A DNA stretch of 64,000 nucleotides from Acidobacteriota bacterium (GTDB lineage: Bacteria; Acidobacteriota; UBA890; WLXD01): NCBI GenBank assembly GCA_963666055.2, contig CAXWPH010000006.1:96001-160000 (forward strand), read 5' to 3'. Below the pieces are notes generated by a model. That model was not told where the DNA came from. It saw only the letters and a program-made list of their open reading frames with translations, and did not search any database. Position 1 is the stretch's first letter, and every line of letters starts with the position of its first letter. The translations under genes and the position numbers were made by a program. Shown one piece after another: positions 1-8,851 of the stretch.

Positions 1-965
1 TGCGCCAGCATGGGCGTGGCGACAATGTCGCCGATCGCATAAACACCAGGCACTCCGGTGCGCATGCCGTGGTCGACCATGATGAAACCACGATCGTCGG
101 TTTCAAGCCCGATCGCGTCGAGCCCGAGCCCGTCGGTGGCCGGCAGCCGACCGATCGAGACCAGCACGCGGGCCGCGTCGACGGTCGCCTCGTCGTCCTC
201 GACGCTGTAGCGTACCTGCGCGGAATCGCCCTCGACCTGAACGGCAGTAACCCTTGCACCGAGGCGGATGTCGAGCCCCTGCTCCGCGAGGAGCGTGTGG
301 GCCGTTGCGGCCACCTCGGCATCCATTTCTGGCAGGATGCGATCCATCATCTCCAGCACGACGACCTCGGCACCGAGTCGCGAGTACACGCTCCCGAGCT
401 CCAGCCCGATGTAACCCGCACCTACGATGACCAGGCGGTCGGGCACCATCTCGAGGTCCAATGCGCCGCGCGATGAGATCACCACGTCGTCGTCAAATGG
501 AACCCTGGGCAACTCAGCCTCAACGGACCCGGTAGCGACAATGACGTTGTCCGCAAGCACGGTCACACCAGTCCCGTCCGCCGACTCCACGCCAAGCACG
601 CCCGGCGCCTTGAAGCGCGCCGTCCCCCTCAGTTGCTCGACTCCGTGCCGCTTGAGCAAGCCGCGCACGCCGGTAGTCAGCGCCTTGACCACCTTCGCCT
701 TGTGTCGCTGCATGGCGGCGAAATCAACTCTGGCGCCTTCGACCTGAATCCCGAACACCGACGCCCGGTTGATCTGGCTGAACAGGTGCGTGGCATCGAG
801 CAACGCCTTTGACGGAATGCACCCGACATTGAGGCAGGTGCCGCCGACGAATTCCTTCTCGATCACAGCGACCCGCTGCCCCAGCTGCGCAGCGCGTATT
901 GCTGCCACGTAGCCGCCCGGGCCTGCCCCGATGACGGCGACCTCTACTTGAATGTCGGCGTTCAT
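1..965 (-). CDS. lpdA: Dihydrolipoyl dehydrogenase (E3), 3' part runs off the window
   Basis: Manual translation from ATG at 965: MNADIQVEVAVIGAGPGGYVAAIRAAQLG..., redox motif GGTCLNVGCIPSKAL and NAD motif VGAGYIGLELG; follows the E2 gene. Confidence 0.95.
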   Translation of the reverse strand, partial: MNADIQVEVAVIGAGPGGYVAAIRAAQLGQRVAVIEKEFVGGTCLNVGCIPSKALLDATHLFSQINRASVFGIQVEGARVDFAAMQRHKAKVVKALTTGVRGLLKRHGVEQLRGTARFKAPGVLGVESADGTGVTVLADNVIVATGSVEAELPRVPFDDDVVISSRGALDLEMVPDRLVIVGAGYIGLELGSVYSRLGAEVVVLEMMDRILPEMDAEVAATAHTLLAEQGLDIRLGARVTAVQVEGDSAQVRYSVEDDEATVDAARVLVSIGRLPATDGLGLDAIGLETDDRGFIMVDHGMRTGVPGVYAIGDIVATPMLA

Positions 966-973
966 CGTCAGGC

Positions 974-2452
974 TCAGGGCACGAGCAGCTGCAGCTTGGG
1001 ATCCTCGAGCAACGCCACCAGATCACGTGTGAACTGCGCCGCCGGAGCACCATCGACGACGCGATGGTCGAGGGAAAGGGACAGGTTCACCATGTCGCGA
1101 ATCACGATCTCGTCGCCGCGCACCACCGGGCGCTTGCGAATAGCGGGCACCCCCAGGATCGCCACCTCGGGGTGGTTGATGATCGGCGTGGCGAGGAGTC
1201 CACCGATGCTGCCGGTACTCGTGATCGTAATAGTCCCACCCTGCAGATCATCCGCGGCGCTGCGCCCGGCACGCGCATCCGCGGAAAGACGCGCGATCTC
1301 TTGTGCCAGCGCGAAGATGCTCAACTGGTCGGCGTTCTTCACCACCGGCACCATCAGGCCGCGTTCCGTGTCGGTAGCAATGCCTACGTTGTAGTAGCGC
1401 TTCAGCACGATCTCGCCGCTCTCCTCGTCGAGCGACGAATTGAGGATCGGATGGCGACGGCACGCCTCGATCAACGCCTTGATGAAGAAGGGCAGGTAGG
1501 TAACCCGCAGCCCCTGAGCAGCGGCCATCCCCTTGGCCTCGCGACGCAACGCTACGATCTCGGTCATGTCGCACTCCTCGACGTATGTGAAGTGCGGGAT
1601 ACGACGCTTCGCCTCCACGAGGCGCTCGGCAATCCGTCGCCGAAGCCCGCGCAGCGGAATGCGCTCTTCGAGCGGACCGGCGGAGACCGGCGTCAGCCGA
1701 GGCGCGTTCACGGCGACCGGCGGCACCACATCGACCGGCGGCACCACATCGACCGGCGGCACCACATCGACCGGCGGCACCGCATCGACCGGCGGCACCG
1801 CATCGACCGCCCTGACGGCCTCCGGGGCGGCTCCGGCGATCGCATCGGGCATCGCGGGCGAGTCCGTTGGTGCGGCTCGATCGGCACCACTCAAGAGATC
1901 CGCTTTGGTAACCCGCCCACCCTTGCCGGTCCCTTGTACCCCTTGCAGATCGACGCCGAGCTGCCGCGCAAGGCGGCGGGTGGCCGGAGTCGTAGGCGTC
2001 GGCGTGGCGCCGGACGCGGCCCGGGGAACCTCCCAAGCGACCGTCTCCTCAGCTTCCGAGTCGAGCTCGGCGCGTGCCATTGCCTGCGCCGCCGCCACCG
2101 GGTCGTCGTCGACCTCCTCTGCTGCAATTGATACTACGGGGGCAACATCGGCACGGGGCTGCGAAGCTACGTCGGCCTCCCGAGCGTCGCTCGGCTCGCT
2201 GCTGCCCGCCTCCTCGCCCCTGTCGAGCAGCAAGATCACCGCGCCAACGTCGACGATTTCGCCTTCCTTGACGCGCAGCTCGAGTACGGTGCCCGAAAAT
2301 GGCGCTGGAATCTCCACTGTCGCCTTGTCGGTCATGACCTCGACGAGCGGCGTGTCCTCCTCCACGGCTTGGCCCTCGGTGACGAGCCACTTGATGATCT
2401 CGCCCTCGGCCGTCCCCTCGCCGATCTCCGGTAGCTTGATCTCGCTCGCCAT
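974..2452 (-). CDS. Dihydrolipoamide acyltransferase (E2) of a 2-oxoacid dehydrogenase complex
   Basis: One lipoyl domain (EVMTDKAT), subunit-binding domain (TPATRRLARQLGVDL...GTGKGGRVTKAD), catalytic DHRVVDG. Confidence 0.95.
   Translation of the reverse strand: MASEIKLPEIGEGTAEGEIIKWLVTEGQAVEEDTPLVEVMTDKATVEIPAPFSGTVLELRVKEGEIVDVGAVILLLDRGEEAGSSEPSDAREADVASQPRADVAPVVSIAAEEVDDDPVAAAQAMARAELDSEAEETVAWEVPRAASGATPTPTTPATRRLARQLGVDLQGVQGTGKGGRVTKADLLSGADRAAPTDSPAMPDAIAGAAPEAVRAVDAVPPVDAVPPVDVVPPVDVVPPVDVVPPVAVNAPRLTPVSAGPLEERIPLRGLRRRIAERLVEAKRRIPHFTYVEECDMTEIVALRREAKGMAAAQGLRVTYLPFFIKALIEACRRHPILNSSLDEESGEIVLKRYYNVGIATDTERGLMVPVVKNADQLSIFALAQEIARLSADARAGRSAADDLQGGTITITSTGSIGGLLATPIINHPEVAILGVPAIRKRPVVRGDEIVIRDMVNLSLSLDHRVVDGAPAAQFTRDLVALLEDPKLQLLVP
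1714..1809. repeat. In-frame 18-bp tandem repeat (about 5.3 copies) in the E2 linker
   Basis: Unit cgaccggcggcacc(a/g)cat repeated; encodes PPVD(V/A)V on the minus strand. Confidence 0.95.
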
Positions 2453-2457
2453 GGGCC

Positions 2458-3435
2458 TCAGAAGTTTGCTACTCGCTCGATGGCGGCGACAACCCGTCGC
2501 TTGCTCGGCAAGTAGTCGTCCTCGTGAACGTGGGGAAACGGTACGTCAAAGCCGGCGACACGCTCGACCGGCGCCTCCAGATGCAACAGGGCGCGCTCCG
2601 AGAGCGTCGCCGAGAGCTCGGCGCCAAAGCCACAGTAGGTTGGCGACTCGGCCACGATCACCGCCCGCCCGGTCTTGGCAATCGAGCTCAGAACGGTGGC
2701 GATGTCGAGCGGAAGCAGCGTGCGCAGATCGACAACGTCGGTTTGGATGCCCGACCCGGCGGCGGCGTCGGCCGCCGCCAGGGCCACCGGCACGGTCGAC
2801 CCATATGCGAACACCGAGACATCGGTACCCTGCCGCCGGACTCGAGCCTCGCCAAGCGGCACGATGTGGTCGTCGTCGACGCTGGCTCGGCAATCCTGAT
2901 AGAGGCTCTTGGGCTCCAGGAACACGACCGGGTCATCTCCGCGCAGTGCCGCACGGAGCATGCCGGCGGCGTCCGTCGGATCCGAGGGTGCTGCCACGAC
3001 GAGCCCGGGCGTATGGCAGAAGTACGCTTCTGGACTCTGCGATTGGTACATCCCGCCACCGACGCCACCGCCATAGGGAAGGCGCAAGACGAGCGGACAA
3101 GCGTACTGACCCCCGGAGCGATATCGGATCCGGGCCATCTCCGACACGATGTGCTCGAAGCCGGGCCAGACGAAATCAGCGAACTGAAGCTCGGTTACCG
3201 GGCGGAGCCCGTAAAGCGCCATGCCCACGGCGGTGCCGATCACACCACCCTCCCCGGTAGGAGCGTCGATGACGCGCAGCTCGCCGAATTCGTCGAGCAA
3301 CCCTTCAGTGGTGCCGAACAGGCCACCGAGTGCTCCGACATCCTCACCTAGCAGCACAATCGAGTCGTCGCGGCGCATCTCGGCGCTCAGCGTCCGGTTG
3401 ATCGCTTGCGCCATGTTGAGATCGGGCATCTTCAT
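2458..3435 (-). CDS. 2-oxoacid dehydrogenase E1 beta-like subunit (catalytic His replaced by Gln)
   Basis: GEDVG, ELQFADF, RYRSGG, DPVVFLEPK, VDLRTL motifs; canonical HSQS reads QSQS. Confidence 0.9.
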   Translation of the reverse strand: MKMPDLNMAQAINRTLSAEMRRDDSIVLLGEDVGALGGLFGTTEGLLDEFGELRVIDAPTGEGGVIGTAVGMALYGLRPVTELQFADFVWPGFEHIVSEMARIRYRSGGQYACPLVLRLPYGGGVGGGMYQSQSPEAYFCHTPGLVVAAPSDPTDAAGMLRAALRGDDPVVFLEPKSLYQDCRASVDDDHIVPLGEARVRRQGTDVSVFAYGSTVPVALAAADAAAGSGIQTDVVDLRTLLPLDIATVLSSIAKTGRAVIVAESPTYCGFGAELSATLSERALLHLEAPVERVAGFDVPFPHVHEDDYLPSKRRVVAAIERVANF

Positions 3436-3455
3436 CTCGCCAGGTCGCCGGCCAG

Positions 3456-3479
3456 CTAGTGTCCCGCGCGGGACACTAG
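3456..3479. repeat. 24-bp perfect palindrome bounded by CTAG
   Basis: ctagtgtcccgcgcgggacactag; the right CTAG supplies the E1alpha stop codon. Confidence 0.85.
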
Positions 3480-4453
3480 GATTCGTCCTTCAGACGACGT
3501 AGCTTGCGCGACTGCTCTTGCAGCATCCAGGGCCGCTGCGCCCATACGTCGTCGAACATCGTGTCGGCTGCTGGTGGCCCGGCACTCTCCGCCGCGGCGA
3601 CGGCGGCTGCCACGCGCTCCTCGCAGCGGCGACTGAACTCGTCCTCTCGGCCGGCGTCCCAGACGCCGCGGTGCTCGAGATAGGGGCGCAGTCTGACCGC
3701 CGGCTCCAGCGCCGCCGTGCCGGCCGGCACAACAGCCTCGATCAGCGTCGGGCCGGCCCCAGCGAGCGCCGCTTCCCGGGCGCTGCGTGCCGCCGTGTAC
3801 ACGGCCAACATGTCGGTACCGTCGACGCTCACCGGGTTGACGCCATGCGCCATGGCGAGCGACGCCAGTGAGGTGCTCGGGCAGCGACATACGAAGACCA
3901 CGGGGGCGGCATGTCGCGCGGCAGTTGAGAGGCCGATCTGAAAGGAAGCCTGGTCGGTGGCTGCAGCTCCGAACAGGGCGAGAACGGCGTGCGGGTCATG
4001 TCGCAGCTTCATCGCCAGCGCGGTTCCTGCGGCGTGTTGAATCTGTGTCGCCAGCGGCCCCGAAACCGATACGAAGCGCCCCGCCGGCAGCGTGGCGTGG
4101 CCGGGTAACTGGCGCCCGCGCGCCAGGTCGTCTCGCGACGAAAGCACCTGCGCAAACAGCTGCTCGATGCTTCCGCCGCGCACCAGAAACGCCCCCACAT
4201 CGCGATAGGACGGATATAGCCAGTCACCGTCTTCGAAGGCCCGCGCGGCACCCGCCGATACCGCTGCGCTTGTTCCCGACGGAATCCAAAACCCGATTCG
4301 CCCTGACTGCTGCAGACGCGCGCATCGCTCATCGACGACCCGCGTCACGACCAGTGACTCGTACAGCGCCGTCAGGTCGGCATCCGACAGGTCGCCGACG
4401 TTGCGCTCGATCGCTTCAACGTCGTCCGCGAGGACGGTCAGCAGTTCGCCCAT
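3476..4453 (-). CDS. 2-oxoacid dehydrogenase E1 alpha-like subunit (ThDP-binding motif degenerate)
   Basis: Start MGELLTVL at 4453; LQQSGRIGF, DWLYPSYRD, GRQLPGH, VDGTD, GPTLIEA, MFDDVW recognisable; GDG...NN and YR..GH loops absent. Confidence 0.88.
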   Translation of the reverse strand: MGELLTVLADDVEAIERNVGDLSDADLTALYESLVVTRVVDERCARLQQSGRIGFWIPSGTSAAVSAGAARAFEDGDWLYPSYRDVGAFLVRGGSIEQLFAQVLSSRDDLARGRQLPGHATLPAGRFVSVSGPLATQIQHAAGTALAMKLRHDPHAVLALFGAAATDQASFQIGLSTAARHAAPVVFVCRCPSTSLASLAMAHGVNPVSVDGTDMLAVYTAARSAREAALAGAGPTLIEAVVPAGTAALEPAVRLRPYLEHRGVWDAGREDEFSRRCEERVAAAVAAAESAGPPAADTMFDDVWAQRPWMLQEQSRKLRRLKDES

Positions 4454-5448
4454 GCCCCCTCCCCCGAGGAAGCGCGAATCGCGGACGTCGTGCGGATAGT
4501 TGCCGACGCGGCGACACGGCGCGTCTCGACCAGGTTGGCGACGAAGAACTCGCCGGCCCGATAAGAGCTGCGCACCAGCGGGCCCGACGCTACATAGGCG
4601 AAGCCGAGTCGCTCGCCGAGCTGCCGTAGCTGCGCGAAGCGCTCCGGCGTCACCCACTCAACGACGTCAAGGTGCTTGGACGTGGGCTGCAGGTACTGGC
4701 CGAGGGTCAGGAAATCGACGCCCACGGAGCGGAGCTCCTGCATCGAGCGACGCAGCTGTGCATCGCTTTCGCCCAGGCCGAGCATCAGCGATGACTTGGT
4801 GAACGGCTGCCGAGGATGGCGCTTGGCGCGCTCGAGAATGGCGAGCGACTTGTCGTAACCACACCGGGCGTCACGCACCGTGCGTTGCATCTCCTCAACC
4901 GTCTCGAGGTTGTGGGCGAAAACCTCCAGACCGGTATCGCACAGGGTATCGACAGCCTCGACGTCGCCGTTGAAGTCACCGACCAGTGCTTCGAGGATCA
5001 ACTCCGGTTGACGACGCTTCAACTGCTCGATGCAGGCAGCAACGTGGCCTGCCCCACCGTCGCTGAGATCGTCGCGATCGACCATGGTCAACACGACATA
5101 GCGAAGCTTGAGCAACGCCACCGACTCGGCGAGCTTGCGAGGCTCCTGGCTATCCACGCGGCCACCAGGGTTGCCGGTGGTCACCGCGCAGAAGCGGCAG
5201 CCACGTGTGCAAATCTCCCCGAGCAGCATGAAGGTAGCCGTGCCGCCCGCCCAGCACTCGCCGATGTTCGGGCAGCGTGCCTCCTCGCAAACCGTGAACA
5301 GGCCGCGGTCACGAAGCGTCTTCTTGATGAAGGTGTAACGCTCGCCGCCGGGAGCGCGAACCCTCAGCCAGTCAGGCTTTGCGCGGCGCGTCAGAGGTCC
5401 CGGAGCGCACCCCTCAGGTTCGCCTTGAAGCACGGGAAGGTCCACCAT
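4438..5448 (-). CDS. lipA: Lipoyl synthase
   Basis: KPDWLR, CEEARCPNIGEC, CTRGCRFC, HNLETV, GPLVRSSY motifs. Confidence 0.97.
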   Translation of the reverse strand: MVDLPVLQGEPEGCAPGPLTRRAKPDWLRVRAPGGERYTFIKKTLRDRGLFTVCEEARCPNIGECWAGGTATFMLLGEICTRGCRFCAVTTGNPGGRVDSQEPRKLAESVALLKLRYVVLTMVDRDDLSDGGAGHVAACIEQLKRRQPELILEALVGDFNGDVEAVDTLCDTGLEVFAHNLETVEEMQRTVRDARCGYDKSLAILERAKRHPRQPFTKSSLMLGLGESDAQLRRSMQELRSVGVDFLTLGQYLQPTSKHLDVVEWVTPERFAQLRQLGERLGFAYVASGPLVRSSYRAGEFFVANLVETRRVAASATIRTTSAIRASSGEGAWANC

Positions 5449-5466
5449 AGCGGCGATTATCCCACA

Positions 5467-6240
5467 TCACATCACCATCCGACGGCGCAGGTTCACGACT
5501 CCCAGCGCCATCCCGAAAGCTGCCGCGAGGAGCAGCCAGAGGATCTCGAGCGCCCATCCAGGCGGCGCGTGACCAGTGCTCAACGGGCGAATCAGGTGGA
5601 CGGCATGGGTGAGCGGATTCAGCTGCGCGGCAGCGCTTAGCGGGGCCGGCATGCCGTCGAGCGGAAAGAACACGCCAGAAAGGAAGAGCACCGGCATGAT
5701 GAACAGCGCGTAGAAGTGGTTGAGCGCGTCGAGCGCCGGCACGCGCGACGCCACCGCCAGCGCGACGCCACCGAAGAACAGCCCTTGCAGCAGCACCACT
5801 CCCAGTGCCGCAACCAGCCACACACCCGGCTCGAGTAACCCGAACGCCAAGCCGATGACCATCGTGGCCGTCGCGGAGATCATTCCCTTGGTCGCGGCCC
5901 AAAGAACCTCGCCCGCCGCCAGATCGGAAACTGACAATGGAGTGGCCAGGATAGCGTCGAACGTCCCCTGCACCCTCATGCGCAAGAAGGAGCCGTAGCT
6001 GGTCTCGAAGCAGGCAGCCGACATCGCCGCTCCGGCGACCACGCCGGCCACCACAAAACTGATGTACGGCACGCCGTCGATCGGAGGCATGTAGGAACCG
6101 AGACCGAACCCCACCACCGCAACGTAGAACAGCGGATCAGCCAGATGGCCGAAGAGGTTCCCCACCCACACCCGGCGATAGGTGGTGGCGTTTCGTTGCC
6201 AAACGCGCCCGGCGCGCCAAGTCGGAAACAGGTCGCTCAT
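5467..6240 (-). CDS. ABC-2 transporter permease (NodJ-like)
   Basis: About 6 hydrophobic segments, SGVFFPL and NPLTHAV motifs; 4-bp overlap with the ATPase gene. Confidence 0.85.
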   Translation of the reverse strand: MSDLFPTWRAGRVWQRNATTYRRVWVGNLFGHLADPLFYVAVVGFGLGSYMPPIDGVPYISFVVAGVVAGAAMSAACFETSYGSFLRMRVQGTFDAILATPLSVSDLAAGEVLWAATKGMISATATMVIGLAFGLLEPGVWLVAALGVVLLQGLFFGGVALAVASRVPALDALNHFYALFIMPVLFLSGVFFPLDGMPAPLSAAAQLNPLTHAVHLIRPLSTGHAPPGWALEILWLLLAAAFGMALGVVNLRRRMVM

Positions 6241-7157
6241 TGCCGCATCTCACGGCCGGTAAGCCTCAAGAAAAGGTCTTCCAGCGTGGCGCTTCGCTGC
6301 AGCAACCGCTCGTTGGGGATAGCGTGCAACGCCGACCAGTCGATCTCGCCTCGTGGATACATGTAAATCGTGTCGCCGACCTGTTGCCGGTGACTCGCGC
6401 CCACCGCATCGAGGCGCGCCTCGATCAGGCCGCGCTCGGCGGGCAACGGCCGAATCTCGATACACTGCTCGCCGACGTGCTCCCGAACCAGTTCTGCCGG
6501 CTCGCCCTCGGCAAGCAGCGTGCCGGCGTCGATCACTGCTATGCGATCGCAGAGCTGCGCCGCCTCCTCCATATAGTGCGTCGTCAACAACATGGTCACG
6601 CCGGCGGACCGCAAGCTGCGCAGGCGGCTCCATACCCAATGACGCGCCTGCGGATCAAGCCCAGCAGTGGGCTCGTCGAGCAACAACAGCTCGGGCGAGC
6701 TGATCATCGCCCGCGCCAACACGAGTCGCCGCTTCATGCCTCCGGAGAGCGTCGGAATGAGCGCGTCGGCGCGATCGCTGAGCTCAACGAACTCGAGCAA
6801 CTCGTCGGCCCGACGCGCCGCATCTCGCCGGGCGACGTCGAAGTAGCGCGCGTACACCAGCAGGTTGCTACGAACCGTGATGTCGGGGTCGAGGCTGTTT
6901 TCTTGTGGCACCACCCCGAGGCGGGCCTTGATCGCCCGGGGGGCGGTGTGCACGTCGTGCCCGAGCACGGTCAGCGCTCCCGACGACGGCGGCAAGACGC
7001 ACTGGACCATGCGTACGATGGTCGTCTTGCCGGCGCCGTTGACCCCCAGGAAGCCGAAACACTCGGCGCGCCGGACAGCGAAGTCGATACCGGCGACGGC
7101 CTCGAGCTCACCGAATCGTCTCACCAGCTGTTGCGCGACGATGGCGTCGGCGCTCAT
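6237..7157 (-). CDS. ABC transporter ATP-binding protein (NodI/DrrA-like)
   Basis: Walker [37 protein letters not shown]-terminal [10 protein letters not shown]. Confidence 0.92.
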   Translation of the reverse strand: MSADAIVAQQLVRRFGELEAVAGIDFAVRRAECFGFLGVNGAGKTTIVRMVQCVLPPSSGALTVLGHDVHTAPRAIKARLGVVPQENSLDPDITVRSNLLVYARYFDVARRDAARRADELLEFVELSDRADALIPTLSGGMKRRLVLARAMISSPELLLLDEPTAGLDPQARHWVWSRLRSLRSAGVTMLLTTHYMEEAAQLCDRIAVIDAGTLLAEGEPAELVREHVGEQCIEIRPLPAERGLIEARLDAVGASHRQQVGDTIYMYPRGEIDWSALHAIPNERLLQRSATLEDLFLRLTGREMRQ

Positions 7158-7238
7158 GTTGTTCCACCCCTAGGCATTCGCTCCGATCGACTGGCCGACG
7201 CGTGCGACAATACCGTGCCGATCGGGAGAGGAATCCGC

Positions 7239-8030
7239 ATGAAACCATACCTGGACCTGATGCGCACGGTGCTGGAATCAGGGGCTCCGAAGGACGACCG
7301 TACCGGTACGGGGACGCGCAGCATCTTCGGCCATCAAATGCGTTTCGACCTGAGCGCTGGCTTCCCGTTAGTCACCACCAAGAAGCTCCACCTGAAGTCT
7401 GTCATCCATGAGCTGTTGTGGTTCCTGCGCGGCGAGTCCAACGTTCGCTACCTACGGGAACACGACATCAGCATTTGGGACGAGTGGGCGGACGATCAGG
7501 GCGAGCTCGGGCCGGTGTACGGAGTGCAATGGCGCTCGTGGCCCAAGGCCGACGGTGGGAGTGTCGACCAGATCGCCTGGGTGGTGAACGAGATCCGCAC
7601 AAATCCCACATCGCGACGGCTGGTGGTGTCGGCGTGGAATGTGGGCGAGATCGACAACATGGCCCTGCCGCCATGCCACACGCTGTTCCAGTTCTACGTA
7701 CGGGACGGTGTGCTGTCTTGCCAGCTGTACCAGCGCAGCGCCGATATCTTCCTGGGTCTGCCGTTCAACATCGCCTCGTATGCGCTTCTCCTGCAGATGG
7801 TGGCGCAAGTTACCGACATGCATCCCGGTCATTTGGTTGTGACGCTCGGCGATGCACACTTGTACGCCAACCACCTGGAGCAGGCTCGCCTGCAGCTGAG
7901 CCGTTCGCCGCGTCCGCTGCCCACCCTGCGCCTGGCCGCGGCGCGCAACATCGACGCCTTCCGTTTCGAGGACTTCGAGCTCTTGAGCTACGATCCGCAT
8001 CCGCACATCAGAGCACCGGTGGCCGTGTGA
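7239..8030 (+). CDS. thyA: Thymidylate synthase
   Basis: MKPYLDL start after gagagga; DRTGTGT, MALPPCH, LYQRSAD, PFNIASY, ends APVAV. Confidence 0.97.
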   Translation: MKPYLDLMRTVLESGAPKDDRTGTGTRSIFGHQMRFDLSAGFPLVTTKKLHLKSVIHELLWFLRGESNVRYLREHDISIWDEWADDQGELGPVYGVQWRSWPKADGGSVDQIAWVVNEIRTNPTSRRLVVSAWNVGEIDNMALPPCHTLFQFYVRDGVLSCQLYQRSADIFLGLPFNIASYALLLQMVAQVTDMHPGHLVVTLGDAHLYANHLEQARLQLSRSPRPLPTLRLAAARNIDAFRFEDFELLSYDPHPHIRAPVAV

Positions 8031-8851
8031 CCACCCATGCGGACACTTCGACACGGGGCGCTCACCGACTGAGTCTGATCGTCGCGGCCGCCGACGACGG
8101 CGTCATCGGCCGCGACGGGCAGTTGCCCTGGCACCTACCGGACGAGCTGAGGCACTTCAAGGCAATTACCCTGGGGCACGCGATCATCATGGGCCGCGTC
8201 ACCTACGAATCGATCGGCAAGCCGCTGCCCGGCCGACGCAACATCGTGCTCAGCCGCGACCCCGAGTATCGAGCCGAGGGCGCTGAAGTGGTGAAATCTC
8301 TCGACCAGGCCATAACGGCCGCCACCGACGGCGAGCGGCTCTTCGTCATCGGCGGCGCAGCTCTGTTCGCCGAGGCGCTACCGATCGCTGATCGAATCTA
8401 CCTCACCCGCGTTCACGCCGCCGTTGCTGGGGACGTGTCGTTTCCACGCCTCGACGAGCAGCGCTGGCGCCTGGTTTCGGAGGAGCATCACCCGGCGGAC
8501 TCTGAGCACCGTTTCGCGTTCAGCTTCCGCGTGTACGAGCGCATCGATCAGCGGGTCGACGCCTTCAGTCGCGATCTAGCCGCTTGTTCACGCGCCGCGC
8601 CGGCCGCGTGTTGTATTCGGCCTGCCAGGCGCGATGCAGCGGCGAGTCCGGGAAGTGCTCGCCAAGACCGTACGGGTAACCGCTCATGGCGTGGAAGGGC
8701 AGCGGCTCTACACGATCACCATGCAAGGTGTTCGGATCGCCGTCCTTCACCCATCCGTTCAGATACACGAGCCAGTCGCGCCGCCAGCCGTCATGGACTG
8801 GAGGCAGGGTATCGGCGAAACGCAGCACCACCTCGTCGCCGGCCGCGATGA
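8027..8851 (+). CDS. folA: Dihydrofolate reductase; domain ends near 8545 and the ORF reads on for about 100 more codons
   Basis: GTG overlapping the thyA stop; [49 protein letters not shown]. Confidence 0.9.
   Translation: MTTHADTSTRGAHRLSLIVAAADDGVIGRDGQLPWHLPDELRHFKAITLGHAIIMGRVTYESIGKPLPGRRNIVLSRDPEYRAEGAEVVKSLDQAITAATDGERLFVIGGAALFAEALPIADRIYLTRVHAAVAGDVSFPRLDEQRWRLVSEEHHPADSEHRFAFSFRVYERIDQRVDAFSRDLAACSRAAPAACCIRPARRDAAASPGSARQDRTGNRSWRGRAAALHDHHARCSDRRPSPIRSDTRASRAASRHGLEAGYRRNAAPPRRRPR

Noticed and set aside
1714-1809. Tandem repeats here and at 51367-51423 as a CRISPR array
   Set aside because: Units are contiguous with no spacers, lie in frame within genes, and no cas genes are present
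1064-3351. Long antisense or alternate-frame ORFs (e.g. 1533-3260, 44469-45920, 29548-30690)
   Set aside because: Shadow ORFs of well-supported genes with Arg/Ala/Ser/Pro-rich composition and no motifs
5467-7157. NodI/NodJ-like genes as evidence of Nod-factor export
   Set aside because: This ABC-2 subfamily is widespread and no nodABC genes are present
6240-7238. Long N-terminal extensions of ORF-track calls (thyA 596 aa, ferredoxin 245 aa, pdp 532 aa, xdhC 468 aa, E1alpha 393 aa)
   Set aside because: Artefacts of longest-ORF calling in high-GC DNA; the extensions overlap other genes or regulatory DNA, and internal starts fit family lengths
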